A stretch of 64,000 nt of DNA from Acidobacteriota bacterium (GTDB lineage Bacteria > Acidobacteriota > UBA890 > WLXD01), in the NCBI GenBank assembly GCA_963666055.2, contig CAXWPH010000015.1, forward strand, positions 1,728,001 to 1,792,000, written 5' to 3'. The first letter of the stretch is position 1. Each line of letters begins with the position of its first letter. A program made the translations under genes and the position numbers. Positions 18,490-28,854 of this stretch are shown here, one piece after another. The notes under the pieces were generated by a model that made no database searches, was not told the origin of the DNA, and saw only the letters and a program-made list of their open reading frames with translations.

Positions 18490-19980
18490 ATGTCTGACAA
18501 GTCCGAGGTTCGCGTCCGCTTCGCGCCCAGTCCCACCGGTGAGCTGCATGTCGGCGGTGCCCGCACGGCGCTTTATAACTGGCTGTTCGCTCGCCACCAC
18601 GACGGCAAGTTCATTCTGCGCCTCGAGGACACCGATGAGCAGCGCTCGCAGGACGAGTTCCTGGACTCGATCCTCAACTCCCTTACCTGGCTCGGGCTCG
18701 ACTGGGACGAGGGGCCGGTAAGCCAGAGCGAGCGACTGGATCTGTATCGCGACTACATATCGCTGTTGATGAACTCGGGCCACGCCTATTACTGCTTCGC
18801 CAGCCAGGAGGAGCTCGACGAGCAGCGGCAAGAAGTCCATGAAGACGAGGAGGAGAGCTGGGTCTACCGTGGAGCCGATCGCGATCTGGCGGCAGACGAG
18901 GTACGCAAACGCATCGAGGCCGAGGAGCCGCATACGGTTCGCTTCAAGGTTCCCGATGATGGGTCGATCACCGTCAATGACCTGGTGCAGGGCGAGGTGA
19001 CCTTCGAGTGCTCGATCATCGAGGACTTCGTGCTGCTGCGCTCAGACGACAAGCCCACGTATCACCTCTCCAACGTCGTCGACGACATCGAGATGGGGAT
19101 CACACACGTGATCCGCGGCGCCGACCACCTGTCGAACACGCCGAAGCAGCTGCTCGTCTATCAGGCGCTCGATGCCAAGCTTCCGGAGTTCGGCCACCTG
19201 CCGCTCATCCTGGGGCAGGACGGCAAGCGCCTGTCGAAGCGCCACGGGGCCACCTCCGTGACCTACTTTCACGACAAGGGCTACCTCCCTGGCGCCGTGG
19301 TCAACTACCTGTCGCTGCTTGGCTGGAACGCAGGCGACGACCGTGAGGTGTTCACTGTCGCCGAGCTGATCAGCGAGTTCTCCCTGGAGGGCGTCAACAA
19401 GTCGAACCCGAAGTTCGACCTCGAGAAGCTCTCCTGGCTCAACGGTGAGTACATCTCCAAGGTTCCCGCCGGAGAGCTGCGTGAAGCCGTACGTGAGGCG
19501 CTGCGCGTTCGTGGTTGTTGGGAGGAAGAGCTCGATATGGAGCGGCGCGACTACTTCTTCGCGCTCATCGAGCTGTGGCAGTCGAGGGCGCGTACAACAA
19601 ACGAGCTCGCCGACAACATCGCGCCCTTCCTGACCGAGGCGTTTGCGTACCACCCCGACGGCATCAAGGAGCACATTCAGGGCAAGGATGTCCTCGGCCT
19701 GGTCGAAGCGTTCCGCGAGACCTTGCTGCAGGTCGATCCTTGGGAACAGGAAGAGCTCGAGAAGACGCTTCGCGAGGTCGTCGAGGGCATGGACCGCGAG
19801 GCCAGCGATCTGATCCACGTGGTCCGCATCGCGCTTACCGGCAAGAAGGCATCACCCGGCATCTTCGAAGTGCTCGAGATGATGTCGCGAGACAAAGCAC
19901 GCGCCCGACTCGACCGCATGATCCGATATCTACGCAAGCTCGAGATCGCCCGAAAGAAGCGCGAGGAACGAGCGGGGTAG
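18490..19980 (+). CDS. gltX: Glutamate--tRNA ligase
   Basis: VRVRFAPSPTGELHVGG, LRLEDTD, HVIRGADH, LSKRHG. Confidence 0.97.
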   Translation: MSDKSEVRVRFAPSPTGELHVGGARTALYNWLFARHHDGKFILRLEDTDEQRSQDEFLDSILNSLTWLGLDWDEGPVSQSERLDLYRDYISLLMNSGHAYYCFASQEELDEQRQEVHEDEEESWVYRGADRDLAADEVRKRIEAEEPHTVRFKVPDDGSITVNDLVQGEVTFECSIIEDFVLLRSDDKPTYHLSNVVDDIEMGITHVIRGADHLSNTPKQLLVYQALDAKLPEFGHLPLILGQDGKRLSKRHGATSVTYFHDKGYLPGAVVNYLSLLGWNAGDDREVFTVAELISEFSLEGVNKSNPKFDLEKLSWLNGEYISKVPAGELREAVREALRVRGCWEEELDMERRDYFFALIELWQSRARTTNELADNIAPFLTEAFAYHPDGIKEHIQGKDVLGLVEAFRETLLQVDPWEQEELEKTLREVVEGMDREASDLIHVVRIALTGKKASPGIFEVLEMMSRDKARARLDRMIRYLRKLEIARKKREERAG

Positions 19981-20067
19981 GATCACCCGGCCGGAGAAAG
20001 GGCTGGAATGGCCTACGCAGAGCCGGCTCGCCGGATCTCGTTGGAGCTCGGAGGAACCGAGCCATGG

Positions 20068-21312
20068 TTAGCGCAGGATGCCGGCGGTGCGAACCGGGTT
20101 GCCGTCGTTGGCGGGCACCTGGATACCGAGCGCGGCGGCGAGCAGCGCGTAGACGTCGACCGCCTCGATTGGTGGCACGATGACGCCGCTCGCGAACGCC
20201 GGGCCGGCGGCTACGAAGATCGCCTGCATATCCGGGTGCGTCGGGTCCTGGCCGTGATCGCCGGCGGGGATTCTGTTGCCCCACTCGGCGCGCCGCGAGC
20301 GGGTGAGCACCTCCCATCCCACATCCGGTGTCGCCAGTATCGGCGGCAGCCGCGGGTGGTCGTATAGGCGCAGCCGTGCGGGCAGTTCTTGGCGACGATA
20401 GACGTGCAGGTTTGGATGGGCACCAGCCAGCGCTTCGTAGATCAGGTCTTCGCGACCGGAGCGCGGAAACAACTGCAGCAGCGCACCCTGCTCGAAGACC
20501 TCGTCGGGTTCGAGATCGACGAGGTCATCCACCAATATCACTCGTTCGGAGTCCATCTGCGCCATGCCATGGTCGGCGACCAAGACGATATTCGTCGACT
20601 GCCGCAAGCGACGTTCGTCGAGGCCGTCGAGCAAACGTCCAACGGTCGCATCGACACGACGAACCGCGGCCATCGTCTCGCCGGCCAACGGGCCGAAGCG
20701 ATGGCCGCTGTCGTTGGGCTCTCCGAAGTACAGCGCGATAAGCGACGGGCGCTCGTTGGCGGGAAGATCAATCCACTCGAGGGCCTGGTCGACGCGCGCT
20801 TCGAACGGAACGCTGGCGTCGAACTCGTACCAGTGAGTCGGGCGTACCCCCTGCACAGCCGCCTCGGATCCCGGCCAAAAGTAGACGGCCGACCGGAGTC
20901 CTTGGCGCTGTGCGGCCACCCAGATCGGTTCGCCGCCCCACCAACGACCGTTCTCCACCTCGCGCCGCCGGTCCAGACCGAACTCCTCTGGCCAACCCGG
21001 ATCGCGCATGTTGTTGGAGATGATTCCGTGGTGACCCGGATAGAGGCCGGTCACCAACGTGTAGTGGCCTGGGAAGGTTTTGCTCGGGAACGGCGGGATC
21101 AGCCCCTCGGCACGCACCCCGCCGGCGATTACGCGATCCAGGTGCGGTGTCTCGACCCGCTCGATGTAGTCGGAGCGGAAGCCGTCCATCGAGATCAAGA
21201 CCAGCGTTGGCGGCAAGCTCGGAGACTCACTTCGAATCGAGCCGCATCCGACAGGCGCCGCCATCAGCACGGCTACCAGTATGGCTCCCACCCTTGAAAT
21301 CGCCCGATGCAT
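20068..21312 (-). CDS. Nucleotide pyrophosphatase/phosphodiesterase (alkaline phosphatase superfamily), probable lipoprotein
   Basis: LISMDGFR, PSKTFPGHYTLVTGLYP, GGEPIW, ADHGM, GDHG. Confidence 0.92.
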   Translation of the reverse strand: MHRAISRVGAILVAVLMAAPVGCGSIRSESPSLPPTLVLISMDGFRSDYIERVETPHLDRVIAGGVRAEGLIPPFPSKTFPGHYTLVTGLYPGHHGIISNNMRDPGWPEEFGLDRRREVENGRWWGGEPIWVAAQRQGLRSAVYFWPGSEAAVQGVRPTHWYEFDASVPFEARVDQALEWIDLPANERPSLIALYFGEPNDSGHRFGPLAGETMAAVRRVDATVGRLLDGLDERRLRQSTNIVLVADHGMAQMDSERVILVDDLVDLEPDEVFEQGALLQLFPRSGREDLIYEALAGAHPNLHVYRRQELPARLRLYDHPRLPPILATPDVGWEVLTRSRRAEWGNRIPAGDHGQDPTHPDMQAIFVAAGPAFASGVIVPPIEAVDVYALLAAALGIQVPANDGNPVRTAGILR

Positions 21313-21509
21313 CGCGCTCCCCCGTCGCCCCCGATGGCGCTCACCGCCGCCGGAGCTCCGCCGACGTAGACGCCACCAGCCGAGGAGTCTAGCTTGTCGT
21401 GGACAGGCTTGATGATCCGACGGGCAGCCTCCCATGGGGGCGTCAAGATGTGGAATGCGCCGATCCGCTGGTCACCGGAGGCAGAGCGTCGATTCCAGCG
21501 ACCGCAGGT

Positions 21510-21538
21510 GGAATGAGACCGTTGACTGGACTGTCTAA
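21510..21538 (+). promoter_or_regulatory. ECF-type promoter, probably autoregulatory
   Basis: GGAATG-N17-GTCTAA, 12 bp upstream of the ECF sigma ATG. Confidence 0.6.
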
Positions 21539-21550
21539 TATGCGACGGTC

Positions 21551-22156
21551 ATGGAGACTCCTGTGCCCGACTCATCCCCAGGCGCCGATCAAGATGACCG
21601 GATCTTGGTCGATCGGGCACAGAGCGGCGACGAACAGGCGTTCAGGCTACTGGTGGAGCGCTACGAGGGAGCGGTGGCAGCAACGGTAATCGGCATGCTG
21701 GGTCCCGGCGCCGACGCCGACGACGTTGGCCAGGAGGTCTTCGTGCGCTTCTACAGATCGCTCCCCAGATTCCGCGGCGAGGCGGCAGTGAAGACCTACC
21801 TGACACGTATCGCCATCAATCAGTCACTCAACGCGCTAAAACGTCGCCGCAGGCTACTCGACCGATTCGTCAGCCGCGACCGTTCCGCCGATGAGGCCCC
21901 TCTGGTCGAACCGACCGTGAGTGGCGAACGAGCCGTGTCCAGCAACGATGTAGGCGGGGCGGTGCATGCGGCGATCCGCTCGCTCAGAGTCGAACATCGG
22001 GCGATCGTGGTTCTGCGTATGATCGAAGGCTATTCGACCCGCGAGACAGCAGAGCTTCTCGGAGTTCCGCAAGGGACCGTCATGTCGCGTCTGTCCCGGG
22101 CGATGAAGACGCTGAAGCCGATGCTCCGACCATGGGCGGCCGAATCCGATGGCTGA
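21551..22156 (+). CDS. ECF RNA polymerase sigma factor
   Basis: GDEQAFRLLVERY, DDVGQEVFV, YLTRIAIN, ETAELLGVPQGTVMSRLSRA. Confidence 0.93.
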   Translation: METPVPDSSPGADQDDRILVDRAQSGDEQAFRLLVERYEGAVAATVIGMLGPGADADDVGQEVFVRFYRSLPRFRGEAAVKTYLTRIAINQSLNALKRRRRLLDRFVSRDRSADEAPLVEPTVSGERAVSSNDVGGAVHAAIRSLRVEHRAIVVLRMIEGYSTRETAELLGVPQGTVMSRLSRAMKTLKPMLRPWAAESDG

Positions 22157-22475
22157 ACGAACCCCGGAAACCGAAACCGAACGGCTTGTCCGCGCGCACG
22201 CGCGGCGTTCTTTCGGCCCCGGATTCACCGACCGCGTGATGGAGCGCGTGGGCGAGGACGCCAGCGGCTTGGTGCTCTTGCAGCAGTTTTGGCGACTCGC
22301 TGCGGCAGCGACAGCTGTCACGCTATTGCTGGTCGGCTACAGCGTGCTGTGGACAGAGCCCGTCGAGGGCCAATCTCTCATGGAGGCGGCTCTGGGCCTC
22401 GAGCCTGTTTCGATCGCGGCAGCCTACCAGTTGGCTGACAAGCTACCCGACATCAGCGTTGGCGATTCGCTGTGA
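22149..22475 (+). CDS. Putative anti-sigma membrane protein
   Basis: Overlaps sigma stop; PGFTDRVM motif then one TM helix. Confidence 0.65.
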   Translation: MAERTPETETERLVRAHARRSFGPGFTDRVMERVGEDASGLVLLQQFWRLAAAATAVTLLLVGYSVLWTEPVEGQSLMEAALGLEPVSIAAAYQLADKLPDISVGDSL

Positions 22476-22867
22476 GCCCCAGTGCCCGCTCGTCCCTGCT
22501 GCTCGGCATTACGCTGGCGATTGGCGTTGTGCTCGGAGTGTTCCTCGGCGGCGCCCTACAGCAATTCCGCTTCGGGATAATCCAGGGTCTTGGCGACAGA
22601 CAAGGTTTCGTACGTCACTTGGAGCGCATCATCGGTCCGCGAGACGAACAGCAGCGGCAAGCGATCCGCCCGATCCTGGAGGCAGCGGCCGAACGCAACC
22701 ACGAGATCGACCGTGGATCCCGCGACCAGCTGCGCGCCGCGCTCTACGCGATGATCGCCGAGCTCAGCGAGCACTTGGACGACGAGCAGCTGCAGCGCTT
22801 GGAGGGCTTCGCGCGCCGTCCGCCGCCCCGAGGGCCGCCCGGCGGGCCGCCGCCGCCGCGACGCTAG
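22472..22867 (+). CDS. Periplasmic helical (Spy/CpxP/heavy-metal-sensor-like) protein
   Basis: N-terminal TM, EQQRQAIRPILE...LDDEQ, Pro-rich tail; third gene of the ECF operon. Confidence 0.6.
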   Translation: MSPSARSSLLLGITLAIGVVLGVFLGGALQQFRFGIIQGLGDRQGFVRHLERIIGPRDEQQRQAIRPILEAAAERNHEIDRGSRDQLRAALYAMIAELSEHLDDEQLQRLEGFARRPPPRGPPGGPPPPRR

Positions 22868-23073
22868 CGCACCAGCTGCCGCAGCGTCGCCAGCTTGGGC
22901 TCGAGGCTGGCCTGGATCTGCTCGACTCGACGCTCGACGTCGAGCGCCTCGATGCGTTGCTTGATCTCCTGCACCTTGCCATCGACATCGAGCACAGTCG
23001 CTCCAATCGATTGGATCCAAGGCGCAGATCCGGCCCGATCGCGCCACCTTCGAGAACCTCGCCAACCTCGCAC
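22864..23073 (-). CDS. Small coiled-coil hypothetical protein
   Basis: Fills intergenic gap; amphipathic DGKVQEIKQRIEALDVERRVEQIQASLE. Confidence 0.45.
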   Translation of the reverse strand: MRGWRGSRRWRDRAGSAPWIQSIGATVLDVDGKVQEIKQRIEALDVERRVEQIQASLEPKLATLRQLVR

Positions 23074-23189
23074 AGTCGCCGAAATCCCCCTGGGGTATAA
23101 CGAGAAACCTTCGCGCCGGGCTCGACAATCGGGCCTTCAGGGTCCAGCCTGGGAGCTATCCAATACCACTTGCTTCCTGTGGGGGGAAA

Positions 23190-23558
23190 ATGACCAAGGC
23201 CGATATGGCTGCGAAGCTAGCCACCAAGTGCGACCTTTCCAAGGCCAAGGCCGAGGAGATCATCGACTGCATCTTCTCGACCAAGCCGGGACAGGGAATC
23301 CTCGCCGTCGAGCTCGATGCCGGTAGAAAGGTCTCGATCGCCGGCTTCGGGAACTTCGAGACTCGCCATCGCAAGGCGCGTCTTGGCCGCAACCCGGCGA
23401 CCGGAGCAACGATCAACATCGCCGCCACCACGGTGCCAGCGTTCAAGGCTGCAAAAGGTCTCAAGGATCGCGTCGCCGACCGTGAATCATCGATGACAGG
23501 TGGATCACCGATGACAGGTGGATCACCGATGACAGGTGGATCACCGATGATGGGCTGA
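23190..23558 (+). CDS. hup: HU-family DNA-binding protein with (MTGGSP)3 tail
   Basis: MTKADM, VSIAGFGNFE, RLGRNPATG, PAFKAAKGLKD. Confidence 0.92.
   Translation: MTKADMAAKLATKCDLSKAKAEEIIDCIFSTKPGQGILAVELDAGRKVSIAGFGNFETRHRKARLGRNPATGATINIAATTVPAFKAAKGLKDRVADRESSMTGGSPMTGGSPMTGGSPMMG
23493..23546 (+). repeat. 18-bp tandem repeat x3 in HU 3' end
   Basis: ATGACAGGTGGATCACCG x3, perfect. Confidence 0.95.
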
Positions 23559-23574
23559 CCGAAGGGACCATCGG

Positions 23575-23781
23575 GTGGCCGAATCGGATCCGCCAGCGGG
23601 CGGGAACGATAGATCTGGCTTGCTCGTGGTCATAGTGCTGATCGCCTCGGCGATTGCGTTCTTCATAGCCGGTGTTGCCCTGCTGCTTATGGGCGACTAC
23701 GAGTTGATCGGGGGCGTCCTTCTCGCAGTTGCGTTGGGGGACGCCCTTTGTGCGTTCGTGGTCAGCCGGAGGGCCCGCTAG
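23575..23781 (+). CDS. Small two-TM membrane protein
   Basis: Two hydrophobic segments, operon position. Confidence 0.55.
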   Translation: MAESDPPAGGNDRSGLLVVIVLIASAIAFFIAGVALLLMGDYELIGGVLLAVALGDALCAFVVSRRAR

Positions 23782-23787
23782 CAGGCC

Positions 23788-24936
23788 GTGGTGATTCGCG
23801 ACCCGGTGGCGGTGGTCCTGGTGCTGGCTGCGGTGGTGTTTCTAGCGCTGTGGCTGGAGGAGAGGTTCGCCCTCTTCCGCGCCCTGGGCGCCGCCCTGGT
23901 GGGGATCTTGCTCGGCATGGCGCTGTCCAACTCCGGCGTTCTGCCGGGGACCTCGCCCACCTATCATTGGCTGAGTAGTCACGGCGTCAGCCTCTCGATC
24001 GCGCTAATCCTGATCAATGTCGATCTGCGCTCTCTGGCGGACGCAGGGATGAGCATGCTCGCCGCCTTTGGAATCGGCGCCGCGTCCACCGCCGCGGGAG
24101 CCGTCACCGGAGCGTTGCTGTGGGGGCACCGGGTCGGACCCGAGAGCTGGAAGCTTGCCGGTCAGTTCACCGGCACCTACACGGGCGGAGGAATGAACTT
24201 CGCGGCGCTAGGGCGTGCCTTCGACACCAGCAGCGACCTTTTCTCGGCGGCAATCGCCGCCGACGTAGCGCTCACCGCTCTGTGGATGGCGGCGTGTCTC
24301 GTCGCACCATTGCTGCTGTCGACCGCCAGCCCAGCCCGAGACACCACGGCCAACGGAATTCGGAAGGAGGAGCCGTCGGGCATTGCACGGGCGCTCAACA
24401 GCAGCGTTCGGCCAATCGCCATTACCGACTTGGCGGCGCTGGTGACGCTGGCCATCGGAGCAGTCTGGCTCGCTGGGCAGGTCGCCGCACTGGTACCTGT
24501 GCTGCCCGAGATTCTCTGGTTGACCACGATCGTGCTGTTGCTGGCACAGGTGCCAGGGATCAAGGGGTTGGCCGGGGGTGCTCTGCTCGGCAACTACGTT
24601 CTGCTGTTGTTCCTGGCTGGTAACGGCGCGCAATCGGTGCTGGCGAACATATTTCGCGTCGGGCCAGCCGTCTTCTGGTTCGCCGCCACGACGGTCGTCG
24701 TACATGGCATCGGAATCTTCGGGATCGGCCGGCTGGTCGGAATCGATGCCGCAACGTTGGCGGTGGCGTCGCAGGCCAACGTCGGCGGCCCCGCTTCGGC
24801 GGTTGCTTTGGCGTCGGCGCGCGGCTACACGGACCAATTGCTCCCCGGCGTTGCCATTGGCCTGTTGGGGTACGCGGTCGGAAACTACACTGGCTTCATG
24901 GTGGCGAACCTGATGCGCGCCTGGCTGGGCGGCTAA
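23788..24936 (+). CDS. DUF819 family membrane protein
   Basis: [31 protein letters not shown]; many TM helices. Confidence 0.85.
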   Translation: MVIRDPVAVVLVLAAVVFLALWLEERFALFRALGAALVGILLGMALSNSGVLPGTSPTYHWLSSHGVSLSIALILINVDLRSLADAGMSMLAAFGIGAASTAAGAVTGALLWGHRVGPESWKLAGQFTGTYTGGGMNFAALGRAFDTSSDLFSAAIAADVALTALWMAACLVAPLLLSTASPARDTTANGIRKEEPSGIARALNSSVRPIAITDLAALVTLAIGAVWLAGQVAALVPVLPEILWLTTIVLLLAQVPGIKGLAGGALLGNYVLLLFLAGNGAQSVLANIFRVGPAVFWFAATTVVVHGIGIFGIGRLVGIDAATLAVASQANVGGPASAVALASARGYTDQLLPGVAIGLLGYAVGNYTGFMVANLMRAWLGG

Positions 24937-24959
24937 TCTCGCACCCGGAGGTTCTTCTC

Positions 24960-26615
24960 ATATCCAGACAACCGATAACCGGCATGCTGCAAGGCCTGCA
25001 GGCCTCGCAGAAGCGAGGCCTGGAGCGCACGTTCCGGCGCCGCGTACCACCCGAGAGGGTGGTCTCCGGTGAGCTCGCACGGCACCTCGCAGAGCTGTCT
25101 GGCGAGCTCGGCCGCCAGATCGGCGTGCTCTTGGCTCGGAACGGAGCCGTACGGCACGTGATTGTAGGTGACGCCCACAAGCTCATGCTGCCCGATATCG
25201 GCCGGCTGCGAGGCGGTGCCGGCCGCTTCCGCGGTCTGCGACTGGTACATACGCATCTGCGGGGCGAGGCGCTTACTGCCGACGACCTGAACGACCTGGC
25301 GCTACTGCGACTGGACATGGTGGCGATGATCGAGGTGCAGGCCGATGGTCTACCCGGCCGTATCGAGGCGGCCTATCTCGATCCCGCAGCGCTCGCTGAG
25401 CCTGGCGACGGCGAGCCCCTCGACGATCCGTTCGTTCATCAGCACGCCCGCAACGTTCAGTCGCTCGATCTCGACTTCGCCGCCACGATTGCCGCGCTCG
25501 AGGAGGAGTTCGCCCGTGTAGTCGGTCGCGCGCGTGGGCCCAAGGATGCCGAGCGTGCCCTGGTAATCGGCTGTCGGCGGCAGGACGAGCATTTTGCGGA
25601 GACGCTGGAGCTCGTGCGCTCGTCCGGCGTCGTCGTTGCCGGCACCATGCGGCAGAAAAGTCGTATCCATCCGAAGACGATCGTCGGCCGAGGCAAGCTA
25701 CAGGAGCTCATCCTCGAGGCGATGCGCCGCAACGCAGACGTGGCGATCTTCGATATCAATCTCAAGCCGGCCCAGGCCCGAGCGTTCGAAGACGCTACTG
25801 GAATGAAGGCAATCGATCGCACCCAGCTGATCCTCGATATCTTCGCCCAACGGGCCCGCAGCCGCGACGGCAAGCTGCAGGTCGAGCTCGCACAGCTCCG
25901 CTACTCACTACCGCGATTGACCGACGAAGACGCCGGCCTATCGCGCCTCACCGGCGGTATCGGCGGACGCGGTCCCGGCGAGACCGTGCTGGAAATCGGC
26001 CGCCGCCGCATCCGCGATCGCATCCGGCGCTTGGAGAAACAAGTCGAGCAGCTCTCCAAGCAGCGCGACGTGCGACGGCGACGGCGACGCCAGCAGGGCC
26101 TTCCCGTGCTGTCGATCGTCGGCTACACGAACGCCGGCAAGAGCACCTTGCTCAACGCGCTCACCTCGTCGAACATCGAGACCGAAGACCGACTGTTCAT
26201 GACGCTCGATCCCACCAGTCGGCGGCTGCGCTTCCCGCGCGAGGGCGAGGTGATCATCACCGATACCGTCGGTTTTATCGCCGAGCTACCACGAGACCTC
26301 TTCGACGCGTTCCGCGCCACCTTGGAGGAGCTCGTCGATGCGGATCTCTTGCTGCACGTCGTCGACGCGTCCGATGCCCGCATCGATGACAAGATCGACG
26401 CCGTCAACGGCCTGCTGGATGATCTCGACGCCCTGCGAATACCGGTTCTGAAGGTGCTCAACAAGGCCGACCTCGTGCCCGACGAGGAGATGACCGGATT
26501 GGTCGTCAGACACGATGCGGTCGCCGTTTGCGCCACCCGGCGGACCGGCCTCGACAGGCTATTGAGGGAGGCCGAGAGCCGGATCAATGGCAGCCGGCCG
26601 GCTCCTCGACGGTAG
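24960..26615 (+). CDS. hflX: GTPase HflX, long form; probable ATA start (first ATG at 24984)
   Basis: [40 protein letters not shown]. Confidence 0.95.
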   Translation: MSRQPITGMLQGLQASQKRGLERTFRRRVPPERVVSGELARHLAELSGELGRQIGVLLARNGAVRHVIVGDAHKLMLPDIGRLRGGAGRFRGLRLVHTHLRGEALTADDLNDLALLRLDMVAMIEVQADGLPGRIEAAYLDPAALAEPGDGEPLDDPFVHQHARNVQSLDLDFAATIAALEEEFARVVGRARGPKDAERALVIGCRRQDEHFAETLELVRSSGVVVAGTMRQKSRIHPKTIVGRGKLQELILEAMRRNADVAIFDINLKPAQARAFEDATGMKAIDRTQLILDIFAQRARSRDGKLQVELAQLRYSLPRLTDEDAGLSRLTGGIGGRGPGETVLEIGRRRIRDRIRRLEKQVEQLSKQRDVRRRRRRQQGLPVLSIVGYTNAGKSTLLNALTSSNIETEDRLFMTLDPTSRRLRFPREGEVIITDTVGFIAELPRDLFDAFRATLEELVDADLLLHVVDASDARIDDKIDAVNGLLDDLDALRIPVLKVLNKADLVPDEEMTGLVVRHDAVAVCATRRTGLDRLLREAESRINGSRPAPRR

Positions 26616-26650
26616 AATACTGAGCGACGGCACAGCCGCAGCGAAGCCGT

Positions 26651-27832
26651 CTATCGCGCTTGGAACCAGGCACGCAGGATCTGCTGAGCTGGCTTGCCGC
26701 GCGGCGTGAAGTCGCTGTTACCGGGTCCGCCCCAAGCGAGATCGGTGTGCCAAATCCAGAAGTACACGCCGACGAGCCAACTGGCGTTCTCGCTGTCGGG
26801 CACGCCGAGACCGCCGCCGCCAGCCACCGCGCCGAGTGACTCGACCAGGCAGGCGTAGGCAGTGGTCTGAACGGTGACATCGGCAACCTGATCGTCGTGC
26901 CACTCCCAGGGGCGGTAAGCAGCGCCGAATGCCGACTTGTAGCCGACCTCGGTAAGCAGAACGGGGCGGTCGTAGCGTGCTGCCACCGTCGCCATGACGT
27001 TACGGATCCGGTCCAGGCGCTCGAGGCAATTGGCGCCGTTGATCGCTTCGTCGCGATCGCCGGTAAGGGGCCAGAACGCGTCGACACCAATGTAATCGAC
27101 TGCGTCCCACCATTCGATCTGCTCGAATTCGTTGTCCCAGTTGGCTGCATAGGTGAGCTCGCCGGAGAACACCCGGCGGATGTCAGACGCCAGCTGACGC
27201 CAAAAGTCGGGATGCCCCAGGGCTACACGCGTGAGCTCCGAGCCCATGGAGATGCCCACGACCCGCTCCTGCTCACCGAGTCGCGCGAAGCCCAGCACCG
27301 CGTCGCGATAGGCCTGCTCCCACACCGGCCATGCCGCCCGATCGGGATCGATGTCGCCCCGCCACGCCCCATCCGAGCGATCGTCGAGCCAGAGGTGCGG
27401 TTTGAGCAATACCGCCAGCCCACGTTCGTGTGCCAAGCGAATCGCCGACCGCGTGTCCGCCTCGACGCGGTGGCGCGAGGGCCGCCAGGTAAGCTCCGCA
27501 ACACCGAGCTGCGGTTGAAAGAAGCTCGGTATGAGTGCTACGTGATCAACACCCAACTCGACCAACGCGTCGAGGCTCACGGGCAACGCCCCGAGATCGA
27601 TCGGAGCGCCGTAGCCGCCGATCGGCTCGATGTTCATGCCACGGTGAAAGCTCGTTGGCAGCGGCGGAATGGCCTTCTCGGGGCCGCCCATCGCTGCATC
27701 CGGCGCGTCAGAAACGGTACACGCCCAGGTCATGGCAAGCACGGCAGGCGCGAGCGACCACCGGCGCCAGCAACGCCGGGCGCGCGGCGGTGGCCAGCGG
27801 CACCAGTCGAGCCCCCATGACAACGTACTCAT
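26651..27832 (-). CDS. GH113-like TIM-barrel glycoside hydrolase (start uncertain)
   Basis: LLKPHLW, WRGDI, GSEL, LTYAANWD, DYIGVDAFWPL, LLTEVGY. Confidence 0.82.
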   Translation of the reverse strand: MSTLSWGLDWCRWPPPRARRCWRRWSLAPAVLAMTWACTVSDAPDAAMGGPEKAIPPLPTSFHRGMNIEPIGGYGAPIDLGALPVSLDALVELGVDHVALIPSFFQPQLGVAELTWRPSRHRVEADTRSAIRLAHERGLAVLLKPHLWLDDRSDGAWRGDIDPDRAAWPVWEQAYRDAVLGFARLGEQERVVGISMGSELTRVALGHPDFWRQLASDIRRVFSGELTYAANWDNEFEQIEWWDAVDYIGVDAFWPLTGDRDEAINGANCLERLDRIRNVMATVAARYDRPVLLTEVGYKSAFGAAYRPWEWHDDQVADVTVQTTAYACLVESLGAVAGGGGLGVPDSENASWLVGVYFWIWHTDLAWGGPGNSDFTPRGKPAQQILRAWFQAR

Positions 27833-27940
27833 GGCGAAATCTTACATGCGGTTCTGGGCCGTCATGAATCGCCACTGGCGCCGAGTCGCTCCGCGCGGTC
27901 AAATACCCCCTTGCCAGCTAGCCTGCCAACGGAGCCCGCG

Positions 27941-28768
27941 ATGAAATGTTCACGGAACACCATTGTGCTCGTCATTCCCCTACTCTTGACGGGCGCGGTG
28001 GCGCCCGGCGACAGTGCCGCTGGCGAGCCGGCTGCGACCCGCCTAGCCGTGATCGCGCTGCAGGACTGTGGCGACTGGCGCTACCCGGTGCTCTGCCGTG
28101 TCGAACTGCGCGTCAAAGCCGACAGCTATGACTGGCAGGACTATGACCCCGACGACGTGCTCGCCATCCCGCCGCGTGGTGACCTCGATATCGAGATCAG
28201 CGGACGCGACCAGGACGGCCGCAACTTTCCCCAAGATCGCTTGGCGCTAGGGTTCGACGACCGCGGCTGCAGAAGCGTCCTGGACGTCGAGCCTAGGGAC
28301 GAAGGGACCATGCGGATCTCGGCACGACGTCCAGATGGTCGATGTCGGCTCGAGCTCTACGTACCCGGTAACCTCAACTTCGCATGGCGCATCGATGTCG
28401 AGGTGCGCCGCGACATGGCCTCCGGCTACGAGCGCCAAGAGGCCGAGGCAATCGTCCGCGCGCTTTATCGCGGCATACTGGGGCGCGACGCCGACGTTGG
28501 CAGCTTCGCTGGCGCCGTGTCGGAGGTGCAACGAGGTCGCCTCGAAATGCAGCTCCAGGCGATGCTGCGCAGCGGTGAGTTCCTGCAAAGCGTCGCGAAT
28601 ACGAGCTCGGCGGAGCTCCTCGACAGATTTTATCAAGGGCTGCTCGAGCGCAGCCCGGACTCCACCGGAACCCGCGACCTGTTACCGGAGTTGGAGCGCC
28701 GACGCTACCTGGACGTGGTGCTTTCGATCATTCGTTCCGCCGAGTTCGAGGAGCGGTTCCTACGCTAG
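27941..28768 (+). CDS. Secreted protein with DUF4214-like repeats
   Basis: Signal peptide; ALYRGILGRDAD...SGEF and FYQGLLERSPD...SAEF. Confidence 0.65.
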   Translation: MKCSRNTIVLVIPLLLTGAVAPGDSAAGEPAATRLAVIALQDCGDWRYPVLCRVELRVKADSYDWQDYDPDDVLAIPPRGDLDIEISGRDQDGRNFPQDRLALGFDDRGCRSVLDVEPRDEGTMRISARRPDGRCRLELYVPGNLNFAWRIDVEVRRDMASGYERQEAEAIVRALYRGILGRDADVGSFAGAVSEVQRGRLEMQLQAMLRSGEFLQSVANTSSAELLDRFYQGLLERSPDSTGTRDLLPELERRRYLDVVLSIIRSAEFEERFLR

Positions 28769-28854
28769 GGTCGCTGGCGCGCCGGCGATCAAAGATGTAC
28801 CTGCAACGAGCCGCAGGCGGCCGGCGGAAGTGGCCGTCTGAGAGACTGGTGACC

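Noticed and set aside
14361-20008. CCGGCC-N8-GGCTGGAA hairpin after the M23 gene (14361-14382) and gltX (19987-20008)
   Set aside because: Only two short GC-rich copies and no U-tract; could be chance
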